A stretch of DNA of 64,000 bases from Dehalococcoidia bacterium (GTDB taxonomy: Bacteria > Chloroflexota > Dehalococcoidia > Lucifugimonadales > UBA3495), in NCBI GenBank assembly GCA_965219925.1, contig OZ244795.1, forward strand, positions 199,395 through 263,394, read 5' to 3'. A program made the translations under genes and the position numbers. Below are positions 1-8,176 of this stretch, piece after piece (position 1 is the stretch's first letter; every line of letters starts with the position of its first letter). The notes beneath the pieces were generated by a model. That model saw nothing but the letters and a program-made list of their open reading frames with translations, searched no databases and was not told the origin of the DNA.

Positions 1-2240
1 TAGAAACAATTAGGCTCATAGTTCTTGATGAAGTCCAAATAATGGACGACGCAAACCGCGGCATCAAGTTTGAATTTCTATTGGCTCGGCTCAAGCACAA
101 GATCCCGAATAGCCGTTTCTTGATAACTTCTGCTGTAATTTCCGATTCAACCCTACAAGGTTTTGCCGCTTGGCTCGCGGACTCTCCCGACCGTTCCGTA
201 ACTTCTGATTGGCGGCCAACCATCCAGCGGAGGGCCAGATTTGAGTGGCGAGGGTCGACAGGCGTCATTCGGTTCGATCGTGATGCTGAAATTCCTAACT
301 TAGAATCCTTCGTCCCTGGAATTTTGCAGCAGAGGGATTTTACATTCGTAAATCCTCAGACCCTGCGCAGAAACACGAGGAACTATCCCAAGGCAGAGAA
401 AGGGGACACTGCTGCTGAGCTTGCGTACACATTTTCCGAGCAGGGACCCGTGCTTGTTTTCTGTACGCAACCGGGTTGGGTGGAGAGCGTGTGCAAAGCG
501 ATTGTCAACAAATCTATCCACTACCGGCGACTGGCCGGGGAATCAATCCACCCACATTTTTTGGGTTCGTTGCCAACACGTTCCTTGGAACTTTCAAGAG
601 AGTGGCTAGGAGAACAGCACACCATCACGCAGGCTTTGTCTCAAGGTGTAGCGCCGCATCATGGCCGAATACCCAATGTAGTCCGTGAGGCGATTGAACT
701 TGATTGCCGCGCCGGCCGTTACAGGGTTATAGTTGCGACGAATACGCTGGCACAGGGCGTGAACCTGCCGGTCAGGACCGTCATCATGCACAGCACATGG
801 CGTTCTGACGCAGAAGGGGAGCGTTCCAGAATCCCAGTCCGCGACTATTGGAACATTGCAGGACGGGCAGGAAGGGCGGGTATGGAGACCGAGGGACTGA
901 TAGTACACATCACCCTTAACCGCCAGGACATGAGAGATTATTCCCATTTTGGGTCCATGGAGAATCTTGAGCCTGTGACCGGAGCGCTGTATAGACTCTT
1001 GCAGCAAATAGTAGCATCTCGTATCTCCTCCGAATCAATCGAGAATGCGGCGTTTGCCCTTGATCCCGAAATACTGGCGATAGCGGCGGAGGAGGAATTC
1101 GAGACCGCAGGCTCGGAGAAGCTAACCGCCAGTTTGGACAGAGCATTTGTGTCATGGCAGGCGCGTTTGAACCAAATGGATATCGCTCCGTTGGTCAGGT
1201 CTGCGCGTTTGGCTGCCGAAAACGTGTTCGAGCTAGCGCCGGACCCTTCAAAGCGCCGACTGTTCGCCCAAACTGGCTTGAGCAGTTATTCGTGTGACAC
1301 TTTGAGCAAATTTGCGGAAGCTCACCAAGACGAATTGCGGCGCGTTATCCTCAACGGCAGCTACGAAGATTTGGAGGTGGTGAATCGGTTGATCGTAGAT
1401 TCCAGTCTTCATTTGCCTGAGGCGCAGACGACCACCGGATTTGCGGGCGACATAGAGGTGCTGCTGCGTATGTGGTTACAGGGCAGCGAAATCAACGAAA
1501 TCGCTTCAAGCGTTCTGGACGACGACGATTCGTTGGAGCAATTGTCTCGTTACATCGAAGAACTGTTTGGTTACCGACTTCCATGGATAATATCTGGGCT
1601 ATTTCGGATCTCCAGGGCATCTTTAGGTATTATCGATCAAGACGCGTCGGAATACATTCGATGTTACCCGTCGATGGTAAAGCATGGTCTTCCTGATCCC
1701 GTAGCCTCGTGGGCCATGTCAGCCGGCATCCCTACCCGGACCGTCGCAATGCGCCTGGCCGAAGCATTCGGCAATCGGCCGATGGTCTCGTCAACGCATG
1801 AAGAATTCGTGGATTGGTTGTCAAGTCTGTCAGATGATTCTTTGCGGCACGACTACGGGATTGCAGGATACGTGCTTGATGATTTACGTTACAAACTCGG
1901 CAGGATGGTCGTCAACCCTTTCCTTAGGCCTTTAAAGCCCATTGAAGAAATTCTTCCGGTGGACAGTGAAGTGGTCGGGATCTCCTACGAAAATCGCCGT
2001 ATTGCGGCTGGGCGGGTTGTAAAAGGTGACGTTTTAGTCTTGCGTAGGGACTACGAAAATCCCGTCGATTCCAACGCGATTGGCATATTTCACCAATCCG
2101 GGCAAATAGGATTCATGTCAAGGGACCTTGCCCAATGGCTAGCACCCGAAATCGACGCAGGCCGCGAGTTTTGTGCCGAGGCGTTGAGCACTATGGCGGG
2201 CAGAGTGCCTGTTGTTACCGCTAGGGTCAGCGCCACATAA
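1..2240 (+). CDS. SF2 (Ski2/Lhr-like DExH) helicase, 5'-truncated by the window edge, with C-terminal HIRAN-like domain
   Basis: The frame of ORF 42..2240 stays open back to base 3 and reads ETIRLIVLDEVQIMDD (motif II DEVQ). Later motifs are VATNTLAQGVNLPVRTVIMH and WNIAGRAGRAG (motifs V/VI). The last ~75 aa (nt ~1974-2190), VGISYENRR..NPVDSNAIGIF..GFMSRDLA, resemble HIRAN. Confidence 0.8.
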   Translation, partial: ETIRLIVLDEVQIMDDANRGIKFEFLLARLKHKIPNSRFLITSAVISDSTLQGFAAWLADSPDRSVTSDWRPTIQRRARFEWRGSTGVIRFDRDAEIPNLESFVPGILQQRDFTFVNPQTLRRNTRNYPKAEKGDTAAELAYTFSEQGPVLVFCTQPGWVESVCKAIVNKSIHYRRLAGESIHPHFLGSLPTRSLELSREWLGEQHTITQALSQGVAPHHGRIPNVVREAIELDCRAGRYRVIVATNTLAQGVNLPVRTVIMHSTWRSDAEGERSRIPVRDYWNIAGRAGRAGMETEGLIVHITLNRQDMRDYSHFGSMENLEPVTGALYRLLQQIVASRISSESIENAAFALDPEILAIAAEEEFETAGSEKLTASLDRAFVSWQARLNQMDIAPLVRSARLAAENVFELAPDPSKRRLFAQTGLSSYSCDTLSKFAEAHQDELRRVILNGSYEDLEVVNRLIVDSSLHLPEAQTTTGFAGDIEVLLRMWLQGSEINEIASSVLDDDDSLEQLSRYIEELFGYRLPWIISGLFRISRASLGIIDQDASEYIRCYPSMVKHGLPDPVASWAMSAGIPTRTVAMRLAEAFGNRPMVSSTHEEFVDWLSSLSDDSLRHDYGIAGYVLDDLRYKLGRMVVNPFLRPLKPIEEILPVDSEVVGISYENRRIAAGRVVKGDVLVLRRDYENPVDSNAIGIFHQSGQIGFMSRDLAQWLAPEIDAGREFCAEALSTMAGRVPVVTARVSAT

Positions 2241-2270
2241 TTCATGCCCGAAAGTTGACCGTAATGGAAT

Positions 2271-2594
2271 TCATACGGCGACCTTCCAGCGAAAAATTCG
2301 CATTACGATTTCCCTAGGTCCGCCTGGCGGGGTTGGAACTCCCCGATATGTCCTTCCCTGTCCCCCCGTCGGATCATTCCGCAGCAGCGGCTCAATCTCA
2401 TCCTCCCACACCCCGTCGAAGGGATCGGGCCGGGTGCGCCACCGATGCTCCGGTTTCGCCTGCGACGGCAATGGCCCACTCTGCCACTTGCGCGCTGAAC
2501 GCACGCTCATCCCAGCCTTGGCCGCTGCCGTTTCCTGTGTCTTGCCTTCCATACGTTTCTGCCTCAATAGCCTGGTTTGTCGGTCTGTAATCAA
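2271..2594 (-). pseudogene. IS21-like (rve-type) transposase, N-terminal HTH fragment only (~75 aa)
   Basis: MITDRQTRLLRQKRMEGKTQETAAAKAGMSVRSARKWQSGPLP..RWRTRPDPFDGVWEDEIEPLL matches my recollection of IS21-family IstA N-termini. The rest of the transposase is absent. Confidence 0.5.
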
Positions 2595-2635
2595 CGGTAC
2601 CTCCGTACCGAATAATTACCCCATCTCGACCGGCA

Positions 2636-2780
2636 AAAATAGTCGTCGCTACCGGCAGGACTAATTGTCGTCTATCAGGCGGCGACTGCATCGACGCCGC
2701 CGACGTGTTGCGCGCTGGCGGTACGGCCGGCGCCATCGGCTGCGTGGTCAAGGCGCCATCCACCCTGGGGACCTTCCTGT
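2636..2780 (+). pseudogene. IS1380-like transposase internal fragment
   Basis: The plus frame reads ..LSGGDCIDAADVLRAGGTAGAIGCVVKAPSTLGTFL, a motif I associate with IS1380-family transposases. It is cut at 2781 by the 157-bp repeat. Confidence 0.4.
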
Positions 2781-2937
2781 TTCGGTCCTGAAAAACGCGC
2801 TCTCAGGTCGGTTTTCCGCCTCGGATGACTTCTGCGTCGCCCGGTGCCCCTTATCGCCGTCACAGCTCGTATTTGTACCCTCTATGGCGATTTCTCAGCA
2901 AGATCGGATGCCCAGTTTTTGGTTCTTGGGCCGGGGC
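2781..2937 (+). repeat. 157-bp interspersed repeat, copy 1 of 3
   Basis: About 85-90% identical by eye, and identical in length, to 43545..43701. A diverged copy lies at 30312..30452. Core sequence: GTCACAGCTCGTATTTGTACCCTCTATGGCGATTTCTCAGCAAGATCGGATGCCCAG. Confidence 0.85.
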
Positions 2938-3035
2938 GGCTTTGCACAAAATTTGTTACTTGTACTTGGTTCGCTGTTGGAGATGGTCTTGGCCGGCTGG
3001 CGGCGAGCGCCGGAATCTTGGGATCGGCGAATTGG

Positions 3036-3392
3036 CTAGAGGCGTAGCAGGTTGGTGGGTATCAGTCGTCCCGCCAGGGGGTCTACAGCGAGGGCGGCCT
3101 GCTCCAGGGAGACTACGCCAAGCAGGCTTGGTTCGTTCTCCTCTGCGAATATGACCGGCGTGTGGAACTGCAGTCCTTGCAGCCTGATGGTGGCTTCTCC
3201 TACGTCGACGGGGACGATTCTGCCGTCGGCAGTCTCGGAGGGTAGCGACCTTTCGACCGGGATCCCCAGCCTCTGGAGCATTGCTCTGGGGACTGCCGTG
3301 TAGGTTGAACCGGTGTCAACCGTGACGTCGATTTCCTCGAACTGCCGTCCCTGCGGGTCGCCGACTCCTATGGTTACTTTTACGGTTCCCAT
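3036..3392 (-). CDS. retropepsin-like (clan AA) aspartic protease
   Basis: DVTVDTGSTYTAVP active-site motif. The internal ATG at 3392 is preceded by GAGGAGAAACGCC (SD-like). The upstream part of ORF 3036..3497 is Arg/Pro-rich and does not look coding. Confidence 0.7.
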   Translation of the reverse strand: MGTVKVTIGVGDPQGRQFEEIDVTVDTGSTYTAVPRAMLQRLGIPVERSLPSETADGRIVPVDVGEATIRLQGLQFHTPVIFAEENEPSLLGVVSLEQAALAVDPLAGRLIPTNLLRL

Positions 3393-3640
3393 GGCGTTTC
3401 TCCTCGGGTTGTCTCGGTTGATTGCTTGCCGCCGGGGCGGGTCGCTGCGGGGTGTGGTGGCGGCTCCAGTTTTGCGGGTCCTGCGGCGTTTGTCCATTTT
3501 TGTGCAAGGCCAGTTTTCCCATGCTCAGGTGTCTCCAAGTCTATCGGGGCGTTCAGTGGACGAACAATGCCGGGTGTCGGCCGTTCGACGTCCGACCGTT
3601 AGAAGTCGAGGGTTTCCCCCTTGGTGCAACGTCGGTTCGT

Positions 3641-3745
3641 CCACTCGTTCTGGACAATCAGCGGCACTGATGTCGTGGAAGCGACATTCCTGTCTGCTGG
3701 GCACTCGGGTGGGCGGCTTGTCGGCCGCCAGTCTGCGGATCAATG
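3641..3745 (-). pseudogene. remnant 3' end of a Cas4-like nuclease paralog
   Basis: LAADKPPTRVPSRQECRFHDISAADCPERVDE versus LAADQPPARVPSRQECRFCDISAADCPERVDG at the C-terminus of 6406..7131. DNA is ~85% identical to 6440-6545. The gene body is missing and the remnant abuts the MITE at 3748. Confidence 0.75.
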
Positions 3746-3747
3746 CT

Positions 3748-3901
3748 CCTAAACTAAAGCCAAGGTGGGATGTACATTTAAGTGGCGATGATGATCAGCT
3801 GGGTTAAGCCCGTGAATTCCTCTCATCCGTACTTGGAGAGCGACCCGGCTCCGTCGTTTGACCCCCACCATCTGCGCATTTCACCTTGGCTTTAGTTTAG
3901 G
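3748..3901. mobile_element. 154-bp MITE-like element with perfect 20-bp terminal inverted repeats
   Basis: CCTAAACTAAAGCCAAGGTG (3748-3767) and its exact reverse complement CACCTTGGCTTTAGTTTAGG (3882-3901) flank 114 bp with no ORF. Confidence 0.6.
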
Positions 3902-3910
3902 CGGCCCTCA

Positions 3911-3943
3911 CCCTCACCCTCTCCCAGAGGGAGAGGGTGAGGG
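3911..3943 (-). terminator. perfect 15-bp stem hairpin 3 nt downstream of the 3946..4551 stop
   Basis: CCCTCACCCTCTCCC-AGA-GGGAGAGGGTGAGGG. There is no clear U-tract on the minus strand, so terminator function is uncertain. Confidence 0.4.
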
Positions 3944-3945
3944 AG

Positions 3946-4551
3946 TTAGAGGCTAGTGGTCGTCAGCAACAGCATCGTTGCGCCGGCGATTAGCGGGATG
4001 GTCAGGTTGTCGTCGACGGGTATCGGGGCCAATTCCACCGCGGCAGCAACGAAGGCGGTTGCTACCACAGCCCAGGTCCATTGGCCGTAGCCCAGAGCCG
4101 ACACCACCGCCCAAACCGCCAGCGCTGCCACGATGAAGGCCGCCGACCCAACTGGCGATTTACCCCAAAGTCGCGGGCCCGGCGCGCGCATTCCGACCAG
4201 CGCGGCCACCGGGTCGCCGACGGCTACGAATAGCAAAACTGGTATCGCAACGTCGGGGCCGAAGAAATAGAAGGCAAAGAACGCGGCGATGAAGAAATAT
4301 GTTGCACCCGTAATCTCCGCCGTTTCGGAAGTTTTCAGAATCGGCGCGAATACCCGCAAAAATAAATGGTTTAGCCAGCCAACCCGGAACCGGCCGGTCT
4401 CCAGCGCCAGGGACAGCAGCGCGCCGCCGCCGAGTATTAGCATGTACTGCGTTTCGGGTATGGCGAACGCCAGCAGGGTAGTTGCGCTGGCGGCTACAAA
4501 GTGGAACAAACGACGCCAGGTGGGCGGCGGGGCATCCGGTGGGCGGTTCAT
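3946..4551 (-). CDS. polytopic membrane protein, dolichol/phytol (polyprenol) kinase-like family
   Basis: Several hydrophobic helices. VAVGDPVAALVGMR..GKSPVGSAAF and the C-terminal VELAPIPVDDNLTIPL resemble the SEC59/DGK1/VTE5 CTP-dependent kinase family. Confidence 0.55.
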   Translation of the reverse strand: MNRPPDAPPPTWRRLFHFVAASATTLLAFAIPETQYMLILGGGALLSLALETGRFRVGWLNHLFLRVFAPILKTSETAEITGATYFFIAAFFAFYFFGPDVAIPVLLFVAVGDPVAALVGMRAPGPRLWGKSPVGSAAFIVAALAVWAVVSALGYGQWTWAVVATAFVAAAVELAPIPVDDNLTIPLIAGATMLLLTTTSL

Positions 4552-4693
4552 ACGAGGGCGACATGATGAGCTTGTCGAACCACAGGCGACCGTCCTTCGA
4601 CCGGCTCAGGACGAGCGGGTAGGGTCGACTCTCTCGATTTCGCAAAAGTCTCGCTCGAGGAGGCCGAGTTGTCGGAATCCGCCACGAACCGGG

Positions 4694-5302
4694 TTAGAAA
4701 TCAATCGTAACCGTGTCGCCCGCGGCCCAGCGGAGCGACCTGATCATGGTGCCCTGGGGGACTTCAAAAACCATCCAGCCGTCCAGACCAGTGCCTTGGG
4801 GTAGCTGCTGCGAATATTGCACCAGTTTAGGCTGGCCGTCGGGCTGGGTTTCTTCGAAGGTCTGGTTCCACAGGAATTCGACGCACACCATGGGTTTCTC
4901 CGGATTGACCTGCACTGTGCAGTGGTCGCCCGGTTTTTCGGGCACGCCGGCGGGTTTGGCACGCTCACCGACGTTGATTGGGAAGTAGCGGCCTTGCAAG
5001 AAATCCCTCAACTGGGCGGATTGCTCGTCCACGTTGACCGCTGCGGTGGTGGCGGTTCCCGCCGGATAGACGTTGCCGTGGTCGGTTGTCCATGACGGAT
5101 ATTCCTCGCTGGACTTGGCCCACATGACGCGGTAGTCCCTGGGCGCTAATTCGGGCGCGTCCCAGCTGATGAGCAGGTCGCCGTCGTCGTTGTGGCTCAG
5201 CTGCAGGTTGCTGATTGCCCTGCCGACGACCTGTGCGTTGGCGGTGCCGGACTGCGTTACGGCCACAACGGCCAGCAAGGCGGACCATAACCGATAGGGC
5301 AA
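4694..5302 (-). CDS. secreted protein, N-terminal FN3-like module plus beta-rich C-terminal domain
   Basis: Signal peptide LLAVVAVTQSGTANA-QV, then LLISWDAPELAPRDYRVMW (FN3-like). The apparent start codon is TTG at 5302. Confidence 0.6.
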   Translation of the reverse strand: MPYRLWSALLAVVAVTQSGTANAQVVGRAISNLQLSHNDDGDLLISWDAPELAPRDYRVMWAKSSEEYPSWTTDHGNVYPAGTATTAAVNVDEQSAQLRDFLQGRYFPINVGERAKPAGVPEKPGDHCTVQVNPEKPMVCVEFLWNQTFEETQPDGQPKLVQYSQQLPQGTGLDGWMVFEVPQGTMIRSLRWAAGDTVTIDF

Positions 5303-5587
5303 TTATGCTCGTGAGCTTTCTCGTTATTCTCAATTGGATTGCCTCGTTGATTGGTCGTTGCTCTTGTTTCCGGGAAACGGCTTGGTCTGGATTAGGCAGC
5401 ACGACTGGTCTAGGGGGATCTTTCCCCTCGGTGGCTGTCCCTAGTTGAGATTTCGGCGTGTTCCACTCCGCGCCCGTGGCCACGACACTGGGTAGTTCAC
5501 ATTATGGCGAAATGACAGTGGCTACTTGGTTATATGCGCTGTCCCGGGCATGTTTGGTCCCGAAATGGCCCATGCTGCTGTGCAGGT

Positions 5588-5623
5588 AAACGCCGGCCTA
5601 ACAATCCCGTCGGGCCGGCGTTT
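5588..5623. terminator. orphan symmetric intrinsic-terminator-like hairpin
   Basis: AAACGCCGGCC-(14 nt)-GGCCGGCGTTTTGT. It lies inside the divergent intergenic region 5303-5907. Confidence 0.4.
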
Positions 5624-5907
5624 TGTACGCATGGTGGAAGGCTGTAAGAAGCCTTGCCGGAATAGACGTCAGGGTTGCCCAGGACGGCGGCAAGGCTAGG
5701 AAAGGCGGCCTTTCGCTGATGCGAACCGGAACTAGATTTGCGCTGACGGTTACGGTCGAGACGGTCTGGAACGATTGTTGCTTTTGCACTGCCTAACAGG
5801 ATCTCGGTGCAATCGCCCGCCTCCCCGTACTTGGGCGGCCGCCTTGTGTTTCGCAGATGCCCGTGGGTGTTTTATAATTTCGCACCACAGATATTTGGAG
5901 TCGCGCT

Positions 5908-6126
5908 ATGCCTAGAGGTGGCGGAAACGACGACAACCGTGCCGATCAGATGAACCCTAACAACGACGCTTACTGGGAATCACGCGGTTATGATGGTCGT
6001 CCCGATGATTGGGAGGGCCGGGTCGACGATGATGATGATGACGGGGATGACGACAACCGCGCAAACCAGCTCAATCCCAACAACGATGCCTACCGGGCGT
6101 CGCGTAGCGAGGAGCGGTCTGGTTAG
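5908..6126 (+). CDS. small acidic protein with duplicated NRA(D/N)Q(M/L)NPNNDAY motif
   Basis: TGGAG lies 8 nt upstream of the ATG. The motif occurs twice (DNRADQMNPNNDAYWESRG and DNRANQLNPNNDAYRASRS) around a poly-Asp tract. The gene is followed by a terminator. Confidence 0.6.
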   Translation: MPRGGGNDDNRADQMNPNNDAYWESRGYDGRPDDWEGRVDDDDDDGDDDNRANQLNPNNDAYRASRSEERSG

Positions 6127-6147
6127 TTCATCGTCTGGTAGATGTTG

Positions 6148-6190
6148 ATGGGCGGCTCAATTGAGCCGCCCATCGTGGGTTGGTTTTGCC
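6148..6190 (+). terminator. intrinsic terminator, member of a 3-copy conserved hairpin family
   Basis: ATGGGCGGCTC-AATT-GAGCCGCCCAT followed by CGTGGGTTGGTTTTGCC. Homologous copies are at 42922-42962 and 43765-43806. Confidence 0.7.
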
Positions 6191-6405
6191 CTAACGTCGG
6201 TCGGTGTCGTCCGGCACCGCGGAAGGGCTTAGTTTCCGCCGGAGATAGCCTCTGGTGCGTTTTAGGGCTGCTGGAGTATTTTCCTCTGCCCTTTTGGTAC
6301 ATGAGAGCGTCCGGGGCCGTTTACGGGCAATTCCGGCGGTCTCGATGCTTTGCAGGCGGAGCTTCTTCCGGTCTCGCCAAGCGGGTCAGATTCGGTTACT
6401 TCAAC

Positions 6406-7131
6406 TCAGAAGTCGGAGGTCGTTCCCTCTCGGGGTTCTGCGTCGCCGTCCACGCGCTCCGGGCAATCTGCTGCGCTGATGTCGCAGAAGCGACACTCCT
6501 GTCTGCTCGGCACTCGGGCGGGCGGCTGGTCGGCCGCCAGTATTCGGATCAACGCTCCCAGGTTCTGTATGAACTGGTCGTCCACCGCCTCCGCCGGTAT
6601 GCGGACCGTGTGGTCATCGTATGTGACCTGCCCTCTGAGTTTGAGAGTCCGGTAACGCTCCAGCGCTCTCGGGACTGCGTACAGGTAAATCATCACCTGC
6701 ACGATGTGACTGGCGCTCTCCTGCCCGGTCTTCACGTCGACGATGACCGCCTGGCCGTCCCGCTGCGTGATCAGGTCGGGCTTGCCCGCCAGCGTTGCCG
6801 ACCTCCCCTGGAGCTGGAAGCTGTTCTGTCCCTCGATGTTCACATCAAAGCCACCATGCTTCCAGTTTGCTTTTCGCTTGTTGAGGAGCGCGGTGTGGTT
6901 CAGCATCCACTGGGCTTGGTTGAACTCGGACGGGGTTCTGGTCCAGTCCTGGTAATGGGCCTTGAACCAGATGGCCCACTCGCACGAGTTCTCGCCGGTC
7001 AGCAGCCTGGGCAGCCAGGTGGCCCAGATGTACGGAGATTCTCGCGGGATGGCCACGTTCGCCTCGGGGATGGGGATGTCTCCGAGTCTATTTGCGGCCG
7101 TGTCGGCGCCGCAAGGGCTGGATGTCATCAA
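6406..7131 (-). CDS. PD-(D/E)xK nuclease, Cas4/RecB-like with Cys cluster
   Basis: IVDVKTG and QVMIYLY core motifs. One N-terminal Cys (ENSCEW) plus C-terminal CRFCDISAADC is consistent with a Cas4-type 4Fe-4S cluster. The first ATG is at 7128; the codon at 7131 is TTG. Confidence 0.7.
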   Translation of the reverse strand: MMTSSPCGADTAANRLGDIPIPEANVAIPRESPYIWATWLPRLLTGENSCEWAIWFKAHYQDWTRTPSEFNQAQWMLNHTALLNKRKANWKHGGFDVNIEGQNSFQLQGRSATLAGKPDLITQRDGQAVIVDVKTGQESASHIVQVMIYLYAVPRALERYRTLKLRGQVTYDDHTVRIPAEAVDDQFIQNLGALIRILAADQPPARVPSRQECRFCDISAADCPERVDGDAEPREGTTSDF

Positions 7132-7172
7132 TCTGATGGTGCGATCGCGCCGGCTGTGCAGGTTTGGCTACT

Positions 7173-7544
7173 TCATCTGGAACGACGCTGCTGCCGGCCC
7201 CGTTCCTCGATCTCCGGGCACTCGCGGCACTGTTCGGCCAGTTTCCCGTCGGGCATGAGCATCTTGTCGTTGTCGCACTGGCAGGTTCGTTCGAGGATCC
7301 CGAGCGCCCGATTGAATTCCCGGTTGCGGTTGGCGTCGGACCCGGAGTGTTCGGCACGCAGTTGGTCGTATTGTGTGGTGAACCGCGCGTAGGCCGTGTT
7401 ATTCCTGCGGGCTCGGATGCCGGCGCGGCTTCTGTTCAGCCAACTGGATATCGTGTAGGGGCTCAGGATGGCGCCGTGTTCTTGCGCCTTGCCGGCGATG
7501 TTTTCGGCGGTGAACAGTCCTATTCCCTGGGTGTGGCTCGCCAT
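7173..7544 (-). CDS. hypothetical protein (123 aa)
   Basis: GGAGGG SD 5 nt upstream of the ATG. It starts 15 nt after the stop of 7560..8015, on the same strand as the nuclease. Confidence 0.55.
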   Translation of the reverse strand: MASHTQGIGLFTAENIAGKAQEHGAILSPYTISSWLNRSRAGIRARRNNTAYARFTTQYDQLRAEHSGSDANRNREFNRALGILERTCQCDNDKMLMPDGKLAEQCRECPEIEERGRQQRRSR

Positions 7545-7559
7545 AGTGCCCTCCAGTTA

Positions 7560-8015
7560 TTACTGGTTGTCCTCTCCTTCGTTGCGGTCGATTCTCTCAC
7601 AGCGTCGCTGCTGTGTGGTGGCGTCTCCGCCTGCATATTTTGTCGGGTAGTGACCGTACGCGTGTGCTCGTCGCCTTGGTGGCGTGCCGAGGTCGATTGC
7701 ACCGTCCACCGGGCAATAGAAACGGGCGGCTCGACTGGGCCGCCCGTCCATCATTGCTCTTTTCGTTCTGCGGTTCAGCGGGCCAATCGGAGATCCCGCT
7801 CGGCCGCTTCGTCGTTCCCCCAGGTTGTGGTGAATCCACGCGCTCAAGTTGTACGGTTCTGGATAGTGGCCCGGGTATAGTTCTATGAACCGGTTCACGT
7901 CGCTCAAGGCGTTCTCCCACTCCGGCGTCGTCAGTGGTGTGAACGTTATTGCACGACGGTCGTACCCTGTCAGGATACGGGCCCGCGCCAAGATGCGCTG
8001 ATTGTTCGTAGCCAT
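7560..8015 (-). CDS. hypothetical protein (151 aa)
   Basis: ORF tightly packed with the downstream genes. A decayed paralog of its 3' part lies at ~10085-10330. Confidence 0.45.
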   Translation of the reverse strand: MATNNQRILARARILTGYDRRAITFTPLTTPEWENALSDVNRFIELYPGHYPEPYNLSAWIHHNLGERRSGRAGSPIGPLNRRTKRAMMDGRPSRAARFYCPVDGAIDLGTPPRRRAHAYGHYPTKYAGGDATTQQRRCERIDRNEGEDNQ

Positions 8016-8176
8016 GGTTCAGGTTGTTCGGTTGTCCTGTTCCTCCGTGGTTAACTGTATCCGTATCGTTTCTCAGCCATGGCCGCTGCATTCCGTCCAA
8101 CCAACTGCCGCATCAGTCTATTAGCCCAATCCGCTACATCTACAGGGCTGAAAATATGGTTTGGACCTACACCGGG

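Noticed and set aside
6142-7392. 416-aa plus-strand ORF
   Set aside because: It is antisense to the Cas4-like nuclease and the 123-aa gene. It begins inside the terminator hairpin and has an Arg/Cys-rich composition.
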